Source of the DNA: Macrostomum lignano | Lineage: Eukaryota | Assembly: GCA_002269645.1 (NCBI GenBank) | Contig: NIVC01001705.1 | Coordinates: 1-64,000, forward strand | Direction: 5' to 3' | Length of the DNA: 64,000 nt | In this document: positions 34,371 to 46,823 of the stretch, one piece after another | Numbering within the stretch: position 1 is the stretch's first letter | How the letters are laid out: each line of letters begins with the position of its first letter | Notes under the pieces: model-generated | Seen by the model: only the letters and a program-made list of their open reading frames with translations | Database searches by the model: none | Told to the model about the DNA's origin: nothing | Position numbers and translations under genes: made by a program

Positions 34371-35118
34371 ATACAGACTTCTTTTAGACAATCAATCAAG
34401 CAAAGGTGTACATGCAGGCTTACTGCACTAGTGATAAAACTAAAGTCAATGATGTCACTATGCAAGTCGTGAAAAGCGCAAAATCTAAATATTAATTCTT
34501 TTTTGACAATTTTCTCTGTTCATTTTTTTATTTCTTCGGTCTCAAAAGGCGCACAAGCTGACATTTGCTTGCAATATTTTCAAACAGATCGATAATTATC
34601 GATTATTAATTAATTATAATGCTGCCAGTCAACCATGCATGGTTCCTAGTTAACGAGAACGATCTTACGAAATATTTTTTTCTATTTAGCGAAGGCATTA
34701 AAATACGGAACTTTCATTGCACATTTAGCTTTGCACGTTGCAGAACTATATACAGGAAATGAAATCTGTCGTCTTAAAAAGCAGCAAAATAATTTTAGTA
34801 CCTAGTTCTGCTCGCTCTCTTCTTTCCCGCTAAAGTAAGGCAACTGCTGTCGTGCGTTTGTGACTCACTCTGCTTGATGCTATTTTTAGATCTATGACCT
34901 ACAATTGCAAGGATAGAAAATTCTAGATTTTATTAGCTTCGTGGATAAGGCCAGGCATAAAATGCATTAAAAAAAGAACTTCATGACGTGTGCGCCATGA
35001 GTGCGCGCGTGCGTACAGAGAGGAGTGACTGTACGCGCGGCCGGGGCGAATGTACACAGTCTAAACTTTATCTGCTGAACATATAAATTGCATACAAAAC
35101 TGCGATTTTGACAGCTAA

Positions 35119-35601
<483 letters not shown>

Positions 35602-36054
35602 ACCATGCGGCATACAGTACATTAATCTTTAACTGGGAGTGACGGCGCTTTTTGACATTTTGTCGCAGAAAATATATACCGCGGTATCTCGCGTATGTAA
35701 ATAGTACTATAGGTGTGTACCAATTACTGACATGCTTATGGCTTTTATAATTGTACGCGTCTCATATATTTTAAACGTTATAGCTTAGGTACAGTATTCG
35801 GTATTGGTTATATAATGTAGTTTACCTGCTGCTATTCAACTTCGTTTAAATACTTAAAATACACGTATATATTTACATGTATATGCGTCATACCATCATA
35901 CTTTTGAGCGATCATTTTACATGTACAGGTGTATCCCGGGTACGTGCTGTGCAAAGTTTGTCGTTCTGTACATGTACAGTACATGTATTCATATTACGAA
36001 GCCGCGGTGAATACAATAATGGTTATATTCAATATTTGATATTACATAGATGGG

Positions 36055-36365
36055 ACAGTGGGACATGTCCACCCCCAGCAAAGCTATGGGAGCTAGGACA
36101 TGCCAATGCTTTGTCCCCCCACCCCACAGCCTCTGACCCGTTGTAGTAACCAGTCATTTTTCTTCAGGGAGCAAAAATGGCGCCTGCGGCGCTAAAATAA
36201 GTGCTTGCGGCGCCAAAATGAGTACCTGCGGCGCCAATATGAGCGCTGACAACATGCACCCGGTTCTCAAAATAATGGTCTTAGTAGGAATTTATTAGTC
36301 ATGTACATGTACATGCTGAATAATTGGCTTTGTCCCCCCATAAAATCCGTGGTGGTTCCCTCTGA
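36055..36365 (-). mobile_element. hAT MITE family B, partial copy
   Basis: Reverse complement of the 36954-37300 interior. Confidence 0.65.
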
Positions 36366-36454
36366 TGCTATGGGCAGGTGTCGTACAGGCCTACAGGTTA
36401 CCTCGCTACTGTTATCTCTGCCGCAATTTAAAGAAATAAATATAATTGATTTAC

Positions 36455-36650
36455 GAGCTAGGCTGCGTACGGCTGTTCAGTCCAAGGGGCTGGGGGGTAC
36501 GCACCCTCAATTACCCCATTTTTACAGCTCACCCATTTTACAGCTGGGTGAACTGAAGAATGCAGAGTTATAAGTGTCGTGCTCAGGGACACAAATTGTT
36601 CCAGTGGGATCGGGAATCGAACCCCCGACCTTTAAGTCGTGAGCTGTCCT
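36455..36650 (-). mobile_element. CORE-type SINE copy
   Basis: Reverse complement of 125-320, including GGGGGTTCGATTCCC. Confidence 0.6.
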
Positions 36651-36953
36651 TGCAGTCGTGCATGCAGTTTACTGTATGAAGGGGCCGGCTTTCTATAGTG
36701 GCTACTAAAATTCTGAAAACATTTTAAGCCGCTTAGTGCTTTCAGTACGTACTGTAAATGCATACAAAGGAGATTCTGGAGATTTAAATTCCCACGGCAG
36801 TAAAGTATACAGGTAAGCACCCGAGGTTCCAAAAGTACATATATCAATATTATAAAAAGCAACATGTTAATTTATAACAAACCGATTTTTGACTGCAATC
36901 GATAACTAATTTACGAGTATCAGACGATGTCGACTAGAAACAACACCATAAGA

Positions 36954-37300
36954 CAGGGGGCGTCACTATGGATTTTATGGTGGGGGGGGGACAAAGCCAA
37001 ATAATTCAACATGTACATGTATATAACTAATAAATTCCTACGTGTCCATTATTTTGAGAACCGCGGTGTTGTCCAGCGCCCATATTGGCGCAGCAGATAC
37101 GATCATTTTGGCGTCGCGCAGGCACTGATATTTTAGCGCCGCATATTTTAGCGCGCCGCGGGCGCTATATTTTGCGCCCTGAAGAAAAATTATTGATTAC
37201 TACAACGGGTCAGAGGTGGGGTGGGGGGACAAAGCATTCCCATAGCTTCACTGGGGGAACATGTCGTCCGGCCCTGGCCCCCTTGGTGGCGACGCGCCTG
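36954..37300 (+). mobile_element. hAT MITE family B, full copy
   Basis: TIR CAGGGGGCGTCAC / GTGGCGACGCGCCTG; 8-bp TSD CCATAAGA. Confidence 0.85.
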
Positions 37301-37940
37301 CCATAAGACTTCCATGCCGTGTACTGTCTTTTATATATATTGCTACAGCACCCTATAGCCCTTTGTGAACAGCTACAGCTAGTACGTGTACATAATTTTG
37401 TCAATATATTTTGGTTAATAATGTAAATTAAATGGGTCGTTTTCTTTCGCTCGAATCAAGTACATGTAATTCTTGGCCCAGTAAAAGTTCTACTAAGGTG
37501 CCGAGAAATTTCAGTGAAATTTCTGAATATCAAGGTTACTTTGTTAAAAAACATGGCTTCTTGCAACGAATTCCAAAAATCCTGCGTTTAGTTTACAATA
37601 TATAACCTTAGGTCAGTTGTCAGGTTGTCAGGTTTATCACATACAAAGGATTTCTTAACTATTTTTTAGGAATTGTTCAGTAGTATAAGGCATAATACTT
37701 GCTCCTAGATAGAAATCCTAGATAGCATTTCTTAAATAGAAATGCTCCAAAATGCCTGTTAGTGTCTAGGTAAATTTTGTTAAAACTATAATAACAGGTT
37801 AAATTCAAAATCGTTTTTGTTGCCTCTAATTCTCTGGAATCTGAATTATTACAACTTGGCAAACCATTTAAGTGAATCTAAGTGTGATCCGTATTGTTCA
37901 TATCGTTTGAAATTACAATACCCAAGCCGTTCCTGACAAT

Positions 37941-38249
37941 ATGAAGTCACACGCAACCGAAGTTAAAACATTTTCTCAACTTCTTCGTCGACTTACGTCT
38001 TCTGTGGACAGTATTCCGCTTGTTGGAGCACTGACCACCGCAGCTATTATCTGTTCTGGATACATAACCTACCAGTTTGCTGTCCGGCCTGACTTCAAAG
38101 TTCTGCGCACTAGTGGAAATCGAGTCGATGGCATCGACAAGCCTCTGCCGATTAGCGGAAATCATGTTTTCTGGGTGTTGGAGCCACACGACAACACTCC
38201 ACCTGAAGTGAAGAGCACCATGAAAGAACTCCGGGCTATTAGCAAGTAG
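37941..38249 (+). CDS. Probable NDUFA4/COXFA4 (MLRQ/B12D-like) small membrane protein, 102 aa, intronless
   Basis: SIPLVGALTTAAIICSGYITYQFAVRPD parallels NDUFA4 SLIPLFVFIG...LYLLRLALFNPD, with one TM helix; clean ATG-to-stop ORF in AT-rich surroundings. Confidence 0.45.
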   Translation: MKSHATEVKTFSQLLRRLTSSVDSIPLVGALTTAAIICSGYITYQFAVRPDFKVLRTSGNRVDGIDKPLPISGNHVFWVLEPHDNTPPEVKSTMKELRAISK

Positions 38250-39016
38250 AATATTCAATACAGGAATGTGACACAGTTACTGAATTAAAGAATATGAGTG
38301 ACCATTTTTAAAAAAGTATCGGTCCTGTTCACTGTTAGTTTAAAGGAAATTTTTATCAGGCCTAGGCCTCACGCCTCAGTAAATTACTTTAAATTTAGTC
38401 TTTAGACTTATAGGCCTATTAGTTCATAGCCCCCAGCCAATAATTACTTTTAAAACTTAATAAAAGTAGCTAAATGTAGCTTTAAACACTTCATTTTTTT
38501 CTAAAATGTCCCACTTAATAATTGAGAGTTGTAGCCTATATTGATCCTATGGGCTATAATAAATGAATTAAGTAACATTGTTAACCCCTTTTCTGTACTT
38601 GTAATAATACTATTTGAACAGTTATTTGATGCAAAATAAAATATTTAAGCAATAAATAAATATAAATTTTAGAACTATCATCATCAAAAAGACCTTATGG
38701 AAATTTCTCAAGTAGTATCCATAAGCTACTTGTTTAATTATAAATGAGTTGGTTAAATTTTACTGCATTTTTTATTTTTCCTTTTTAAGAATTGGTGAAA
38801 TTAATTAAGCCTTTTCTTTATCTTTATTTTTTAATTCTTAATTCTTGAAAACACTTTTGTAATTGCAATTCTCTTCTTTTTCTATGAAGTTTCTACTTGT
38901 TTATTGGGCTTATTGACTTACCTTGCAGCCAAATTGTTGGAATTAAAATTTCTAATACCAAAGTATTTGGGTACAATTATAATATAAAATAATTAATAGA
39001 AATTTAAAAAACACAA

Positions 39017-42000
39017 TCCTATATACTAAAAATGAGTTGTCTGTATGTGGGTAGGTAGGTAGGTATGCGATAGATTTCAGAAAAATTGGCTCAACCGATT
39101 TTCTTCAAACTTGCACCATTCGATCAGAAATTTTCCTGGGACAGTACATGCATCTTGGCTAAGAAATTTCTCAATGTTAAAGGGATTAAATATTCGAAAA
39201 ACATGCTTTTTTGCAAAGGTCAAGCAGCTCTTTCGACCTGAAATGCATTGTAAGAATGCTAGAGAAAAAACTGACTGACTGAATTTCAATTCTGATAAAG
39301 ATTGCATCACAACAAGTTGAAAACAGTGCCGAAGAAATTCACACACGACTTGATTTAAATTGTGTAACCAATATTGCTAACTTGAACTGAGACTGATACT
39401 GGCTGACTGAGAAATTGATTATGTCATAACTTTTTACTTTAATTGACTTGCTGTAAGAATTGAATTATAAGGGCCACAATTAATGTACTCCAATTGAAAA
39501 GAGATAGCCCTAGATACGAACAGACTAGGCTGCCAACATAGCGACCTGGGTTCGAATCTTAGTAGTGCAAAATAATTTTTTTATAAAACACCTTGAAAAC
39601 ACGAAACTGCTAAACATAAAAAAGCACAATGTCAAACATAAAAGAGGCACCATGTCAAACATTACATGGGCACCATGTAAAACATATACGTGACTCTATG
39701 TCAAACATTAAAGAGCCAACATATGAAACATAAAAGAGTCACCATTTCGAACATTAAAGAGCCACCAAGTCGAACATTAAAGTGCCACCATGTCAAACGT
39801 AAAAGAGCCACCATGAAGAACATTAAAGAGCCACCATGCCAAACATAAAAGAGCCACTATGTCGAACATTAAAGAGCTAGCATGTCAAACATTAAAGAGC
39901 CACCATGTCGAACATTAAAGAACCACCATGAAGAACATAAAAGAGCCGCCATGTAAGACATTTAAGAGCCATCATGTGAAACATTTAAGAGCCACCATGT
40001 CAAACATTAAAGAGCCACCATGTCGAACATAAACGAGCCATTATGTCGTACATTAAAGAGCCACCATGTCAAACATTAAAGAGCCACCATGTCAAACATA
40101 GAAGAGCCACAATTTCAAACATAGAAGAGCCACCATGTCAGATATTAAAAAGCCACCGTATCAAACATAAAAGAGTTACCATGTAGAACAAAAAAGAGCC
40201 ACCATGTCGAACATAAAAGAGCCACCATGTCAAACATAAAAGAGCCAACATGTCAAACCTAAACGAGCCACCATGTCTAATATTTAAGAGGCACCATGCA
40301 AAACATATAAGTGACTTTATGTCAAACATTAAAGAGCCACTATGTCAAGCATAAAAGAGCCACCATGTCAAACATAAAAGAGCCACCATGTCGAACATTA
40401 AAGAGCCACCATGTCAAGCATAAAAGAGCCACCATGTCAAACATTAAAGAGCCATGTCAAACACTAAAGAGCCACCATGTCGAACATAAACGAGCCATTA
40501 TTTCGTACATTAAAGAGCCACCATGTCGAACATAAAAGAGCCACCATGTCAAACATTAAAGAGCCACCATGTCAGATATTAAAGAGCCACTATGTCAAAC
40601 ATCAAAGAGCCACAATGTAGAACATTAAAAAGCCATCATGTCAAACAATAAAGAGCCACAATGTAGAACATTAAAGAGCCACCATGTCAAACATTAAAGA
40701 GCCACCATGTCAAACATTAAAGAGCCACCATGTCAAACATTAAAGAGCCACCATGTCTAACAGTAAAGAGCCAACATGTCGAACATTAAAGAGCCATCAT
40801 GTCAAACAATAAAGAGCCACACCATGTTGAACATTAAAGAGCCACCATGTCAAATATTAAAGAGCCACAATGTAAAACATTAAAGAGCCACAATGTCAAA
40901 TATTAAAGAGCACAATGTAGAACATTAAAGAAAGACCATGTAGAACATTAAAGAGCCACCATGTCAAACATTAAAGAGCAACAATGTAGAGCATTAAAGA
41001 GCCACCATGTAGAGCATTAAAGAGCCACCCTGTAGAACATTAAAGAGCCACCATGTAGAACATTAAAGAGCCACAATTTGGAACAATAAAGAGCCACCAT
41101 GTCGAACATTAAAGAGCCACCATGTCAAACATTAAAGAGCCACCATGTCAAACATTAAAGAGCCACCATGTCTAACAGTAAAGAGCCAACATGTCGAACA
41201 TTAAAGAGCCATCATGTCAAACAATAAAGAGCCACCATGTTGAACATTAAAGAGCCACCATGTCAAATATTAAAGAGCCACAATGTAAAACATTAAAGAG
41301 CCACAATGTCAAATATTAAAGAGCACAATGTAGAAAATTAAAGAGCCACAATGTAGAACATTAAAGAGCCACAATGTCGAGCATTAAAGAGACACCATGT
41401 CAAACATTAGAAAGCCACCATGTCAAACAATAAAGAGCCACCATGTCGAACATAAAAGAGCTACCATGTCAAACATTGAAGAGCAACAATGTAGAAAATT
41501 AAAGAGCCACAATGTAGAACATTAAAGAGCTACAATGTCGAGCATTAAAGAGACACCATGTCAAACATTAGAAAGCCACCATGTCAAACAATAAAGAGCC
41601 ACCATGTTGAACATTAAAGAGCTACCATGTCAAACATTAAAGAGCCAGCATGTTGAACATTAAAGAGCCACCATGTCAAACAGTAAAGAGCCACCATGTC
41701 GAACATTAAAGCGCCACCATGTCGAACGTTAAAGAGCCACCATGTCAAACATTAAAGAGCCACCATGTCGAACAGTAAAGAACCACCATGTCGAACATTA
41801 AAGAGCCACCATGTCGAACGTTAAAGAGCCACCATGTCAAACATTAACGAGCCACGATGTCAAACATGAAAGAGCTACCAAATTAGAAATAGAAGAGCCA
41901 CCATGTGAAACATATATGTGACTCCATGTCAAACATTAAAGAGGCACTGTTTCTAACATTAAGGAGCCACCATGACAAACATAAAACTGGCACGATGTCA

Positions 42001-42462
42001 AACATTAAAGAGTCACCATGCCAAACATTAAAAAGCCACCAATTCAAACATAAAATAGCCACCATTTCAAACACAGAAGAGACATTTTCAAACGTAATAA
42101 GAAGCGTCATGCCAATCATAAAGGAGCTTCTAGAAAGCTAAGGAAATGTTGCACTATATACTTTTTGTCTGGTGGATGCTTGCTATTTAAGGATAGATAC
42201 TTGCTATCAATTGGATGCTTGCTATCTGGGGGTTCTTTCTATCTGGGGTGCTTGCTATCTGAGGGATGCTTGCTATCTGGGGGTGCTTGCTATCTGGGGG
42301 GAGGGGGATGCTTGCTGTCTTGGGATGTTTTCTTTTTGCATTGCGCTTCATTTGAGCAGTTTTTCTGTTGTCTTTGTAAAGACTCTATTTGGCGGTTTTT
42401 TTACTTGTAGAGAACAGAAGTTCTATCCAGATGTCCCCCCATCGGGGGGCGAAGATTGCTAG
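39017..42462 (+). mobile_element. Non-autonomous Helitron containing a ~2.4-kb minisatellite
   Basis: 5' A|TCCTATATACTAAAAATGAG; 3' hairpin CCCCCC-ATC-GGGGGG then GATTGCTAG|T. Whether both ends belong to one element is inferred. Confidence 0.65.
39630..42060. repeat. Minisatellite, 23-bp unit ACCATGTCAAACATTAAAGAGCC
   Basis: Direct reading. Confidence 0.95.
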
Positions 42463-42933
42463 TATTTTCTAAAAACAAATATAAAATTTTGAGAAGGCCT
42501 AAACAAGCTTCTTTTATTGATACCTATAGTCATAATTGTAACATTTTTTGGGTTTTTTCACAGGTAATTTGCATTTTTGGTCAAAAAGTAAGTTGCATAG
42601 TCAGTGTAAACCAGGGGGATTGCACATGTATGAGTCATAAATTTACTTTCTATTGTCATAATGCCAAAATAGTCACTTGTGTAGGATGCCAATTTATATA
42701 ACTTGCAGTTGCAATCAGAGAGAAATGGCTTATTAGATCAGGGTGGATACTTTTCAATGTCTTGAAGTGCATTTGTATGATTAAAAAGATGTAATATAAT
42801 ACAAAATTATGAGTTGCAACTTTGAAACTATAAAATTGAAAACTTAAATAGAAATGGCAAGTTATAATTAATAAATCTTTATAAAAATTTTGAATCATTA
42901 GACTGATTTTTCTATGTTTGATCATTGTTAATT

Positions 42934-44536
42934 TTAACCAAAATACAAATCTGAAGGCATGTTAGGACAGTAGCAAAAGTCACCAGAGATGCCCAGCACC
43001 CAGAATTTGCCTTTCTTGCCTTTGCTATATTTATATAGCACTTTGGCAATAGGTACGCAATGCTTTGTTATGCGTTGGTGTGTTATATTTTCATTGGCCA
43101 TTAATTGCATCTTAAAGTGCATTCTTTGCAGCTCAGCTTCCATTGCTTTCATTGCTGTTCCACCATCTTGTAGAAGCAAGCCTTCAGCCTGTGCCACTAG
43201 TGACTTGTCCAATTCATCTGGTAGATCCAGCACATGGTAATTATGCTGGACAGTGCTGCAAATGTAGTTAGGGGGAAATGCTATTGATCAGAAAATGTGT
43301 TGTGGCAAACCAAGATAGGTTTCTGTCTTGTTTGCCTTTATTATTCAGACATAGCCACAGGCCATCCTCTCCCAACACTAGGTGTGCACCAACATTTTTT
43401 TAGTTGCTCTTTCTTTTTATGGCAACATTTTCAGGCTATGGGAGAGACTACAATTAAAATCTGTATCTGTCTACTTTTTCTTAGTAGTCTAAATTGGATC
43501 TCAAACGATTTTCAGGGATTTTGTTGATATTGAATATAAGATTTTTTGTATCAAGAATCATAGGGAACTATAGGAACATAAAAATCTAATATGGGTTACC
43601 GTTTAATCCAAACTTGAGGCACATTTATAGTTTCTCCTTTTCCATCGCAAGCTTGACACTTATTCAGCAGTCGGCCATCGCAGTTAAAACAAACGTAGCA
43701 GTGGGTGCATCCGTCGCACAGTTCGCAAGGCGCTTGGCCATAGATAGATTCGGAAGGCAGCTCTGGCAGGTACGATTCCTCCAAGCAGTCGCAGTCAATG
43801 TGGCCCCTGGCGTTACAGACTCTGCAGTCTGTCAGGCCGCTGCCGTTGCACTGGTTGCATGCCTCGCGTTGGGCTTTGCTAAAACAGTTCACGATTCTTT
43901 CGCAGCTATCAAACTCTCGGCCTGTCTCCGGGCTGCTTGGCTCTTGTTTGGCTGAATCGGCCTCGGCTTGACTGAATATGGAGTAGCCATAGTTTCTGCG
44001 CCGCTCAATAACGGATTCTAGTGTAACCTGCATGCATGGTATCAATAACGATGGATTGGTTGTCTGCAAGAGTTATTGTAATTTTCAAACATAACAGTAC
44101 TTCATTGTGAAATCTTTCATAATGGAAATTATTCGTGTTTGGTTGAGTACATGCATCATGTACTTAATTACAAGTGTTGGGGCGCAAACTAGGAGTGAAT
44201 TCTATCGATAATAAACTATCATGTACTAAGGTATTCTTGATGTGCTACTCTTTATATCGTCTTAATTACAATACAATTTGTCTTAACCTTGTAAGCCAGA
44301 TGATTCTCTACGCTGTAGATGGTGATCTCGCCGTCGGGAACGCAGCCGCGGAACAGCCCAGCTAGGCAGCTAGATAGCTTTTTACGGTGTCGCAGATAGC
44401 TCCGCAATGCAAGGCGACAGTCCTGCTCGCTGAAGCTCAGTTTGCTGCTGTAGCAAAATGATACGATTGTATTGCAAATATTTGGGAGAAAAGCAGCAAA
44501 GATTTTTACTTTTACTTACGCGCAGTGATATGGCAT
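42934..44536 (-). CDS. SSUH2: SSUH2-like protein with DnaJ-type CxxCxGxG repeats, 4 exons, ~308 aa
   Basis: Exons 44536-44520, 44447-44288, 44027-43600 and 43255-42934; phases consistent. AYKVTLESVIERR, CNQCNGSG, CQACDGKG and C-terminal HQR...VPIAKVLYKY..GKFWVLG match the recalled SSUH2 architecture. Confidence 0.7.
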
Positions 44537-45164
44537 TCTTGACTTTGTAGAGCAATCGTTTGCAACAACAAAACGAGCAAAATTCCTGACTGATAATGAG
44601 TTCTTAAGCGAAGCTTTTCAATGTTGAATCTAGACTTCATATATATATTGCGTGGTAAGTAAGAAGACCTATTTATATACTCAAGCTGTGTCACTATAAG
44701 ACGGAACTTCCTTTTGATTGGGCTTTGGTATCGCTGTTAGTTGCATCTGATCAGCGCAATAGCAGATATTAGCTGGCCAGCTATATTTAGATTTTTTGTT
44801 CCGTTTTATTGGCTTGCTTCCTACTAAAACGCCACGCGACTTCGGGATTGGGATTGTAACTCTGACTTATTTGCTAGGGAAGCAAGAAACTTTTCTATCC
44901 TCGAATATTTTAAATATCGAATTTTCCATTGCAGACTACTTACTGGGAGTAAGTAGCTACTAGAGTTTGTGTGTTGTTTCGAATTAACAGTAGAACTACC
45001 GAGAGGGGGGAATTTCCCTCCCTGAAAATTTTTTTGCTGCGCCGGAACGGAGCAACGCAGGCACACGAAATTCAAGAACACGGGCCAACTTTTTTGCGCA
45101 CCTTCTCAAACAAGAATCAAGTCGCCAGCCCTTCAGACCGTCGAGATATTCGACGATTCTGCCC

Positions 45165-46224
45165 GGTCGGATTTTTCCCATAAGCGCCAGTGTATTCAGT
45201 ACACCCCTGTGCGCCAATCACCACTGCGCCTCAGTGCAGCCTTGCCAAGTCTCCAAATTTCATTAGAACGTCGATCACATGTGTCTGCATCAGCTGTAAC
45301 TTCGTTAGTCACTCACTAACCTTCACCCAGGCGGAGCTTCTGGACCTTCAACAGGTGACACCATGCAGGTGATGCGAATTTCTCTAGTTTCGCCGATCAA
45401 GCCTCGACAGTGGGCAAGCCTCAACTGCTGGACATCCTCAGATAGTCTCAAGCATTCCGTCATCACCCCGACGCCGTCGGCACCTTCAGCAGATACAGAT
45501 TACACCAGGCGATTATGTGAACATCCGGTTGCAAATGTTTCAGATTTTTCTTATCAAGCTTCAATAATGGGCAAACCTCAACTGCTGGTCATCCTTAACT
45601 AGTTTTTCAAGCATCCGGTTGTCATTTAGCCGTCGTCGGCACCTTCAAGGAGACGAAACCGACTATAGACACTCAAAATTAATCCTCATTCCACACAGAA
45701 AATTGGATAATTTCTAGTAATTTTTTTCTTCGCGAAGATTCTGTTCAGTTTACAAAATTGTGAGGATAGACTGTTTGAGAGTCTAGCTGAGAACGACCAG
45801 CAGTTAAAGTTTGCCCAATATTGATGCTGGTCAGCGACATCAAAGAAATTCGCAACAGCGTGTCCATAGTCACCTGATGTCATCTGTTGAAGGTGCCGAC
45901 GGCGTCGGGGTGATGACGGAATGCTTGTGAGACTAGCTGAGGATGTCCAGCAGTTGAGGCTTGCCCACTGTCGGGGCTTGATCGGCGAAACTAGAGAAAT
46001 TCGTATCAGGGTGTCCATAGTCACCTGCATGGTGTCACCTGTTGAGGGTCCAGAAGCTCCGCCTGGGTGAAGGTTAGTGACCAACGAAGTTACAGCTGAT
46101 GCAGACACATGTGATCGACGTTCTGATGAAATTTGGAGACTTGGCAAGGCTGCACTGAGGCGCAGTGCTGATTGACACACAGAGGTGTACTGAATACACT
46201 GGCGCTTATGGGAAAAATCCGACC
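45165..46224. mobile_element. Foldback element with ~430-bp inverted arms
   Basis: 45165-~45600 is the near reverse complement of ~45785-46224; internal modules are duplicated; no TSD seen. Confidence 0.8.
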
Positions 46225-46496
46225 TGTGTACTTGACTAAATTCCTACATTTCCATTATTTTGAGAATCGTGTTGTCAGCGCTCATTTAGGCGCCGCAGGC
46301 ATTCATTCTCAAGCAGCTGTCATTTTGGCGCCGCAGACAGTCATTTTGGCGCCGCAGGCATTCCTTTTGGCGCCGCAGGCACATTTTGGCGCCCTGGAGA
46401 AAACTTATTGATTACCACAACGGGTCACAAGGTGGAGTGGGGGGGGACAAAGCATTGGCATGTCCCCCCATAGCTTTTACTATGGTGATGCCCCTG
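46225..46496 (+). mobile_element. hAT MITE family B, 5'-truncated copy
   Basis: Matches 37030-37300; ends GGTGATGCCCCTG. Confidence 0.7.
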
Positions 46497-46823
46497 GGAC
46501 ACGGGTTTCTCAAAAGTCGTTCATGCATGAAGCTCGTGCACCCCTTGTTCGTTATCGCTTAATTATTCCAGTCTTCATTTCAATTTAGGCTTTTGTGCAC
46601 TGATGACGCACCTTATTTGACATCGCTTCCCTTTTATTTGTTTTGCTTTCAACAGTGTGAGTGAGATATGCTATAATTTTGGTATTCGGCTGTTCAAACA
46701 TCATCACGAGCGTATATGCTTTGGTCCGGAGAGAGAAGGTTCGGAAAGCAGTGTATGCATGTACGCTCGTACCCCGGGTTAAAATGCCGCAGCCAAGCTA
46801 TAAGATCGGCGCTTGCTCTCCGT

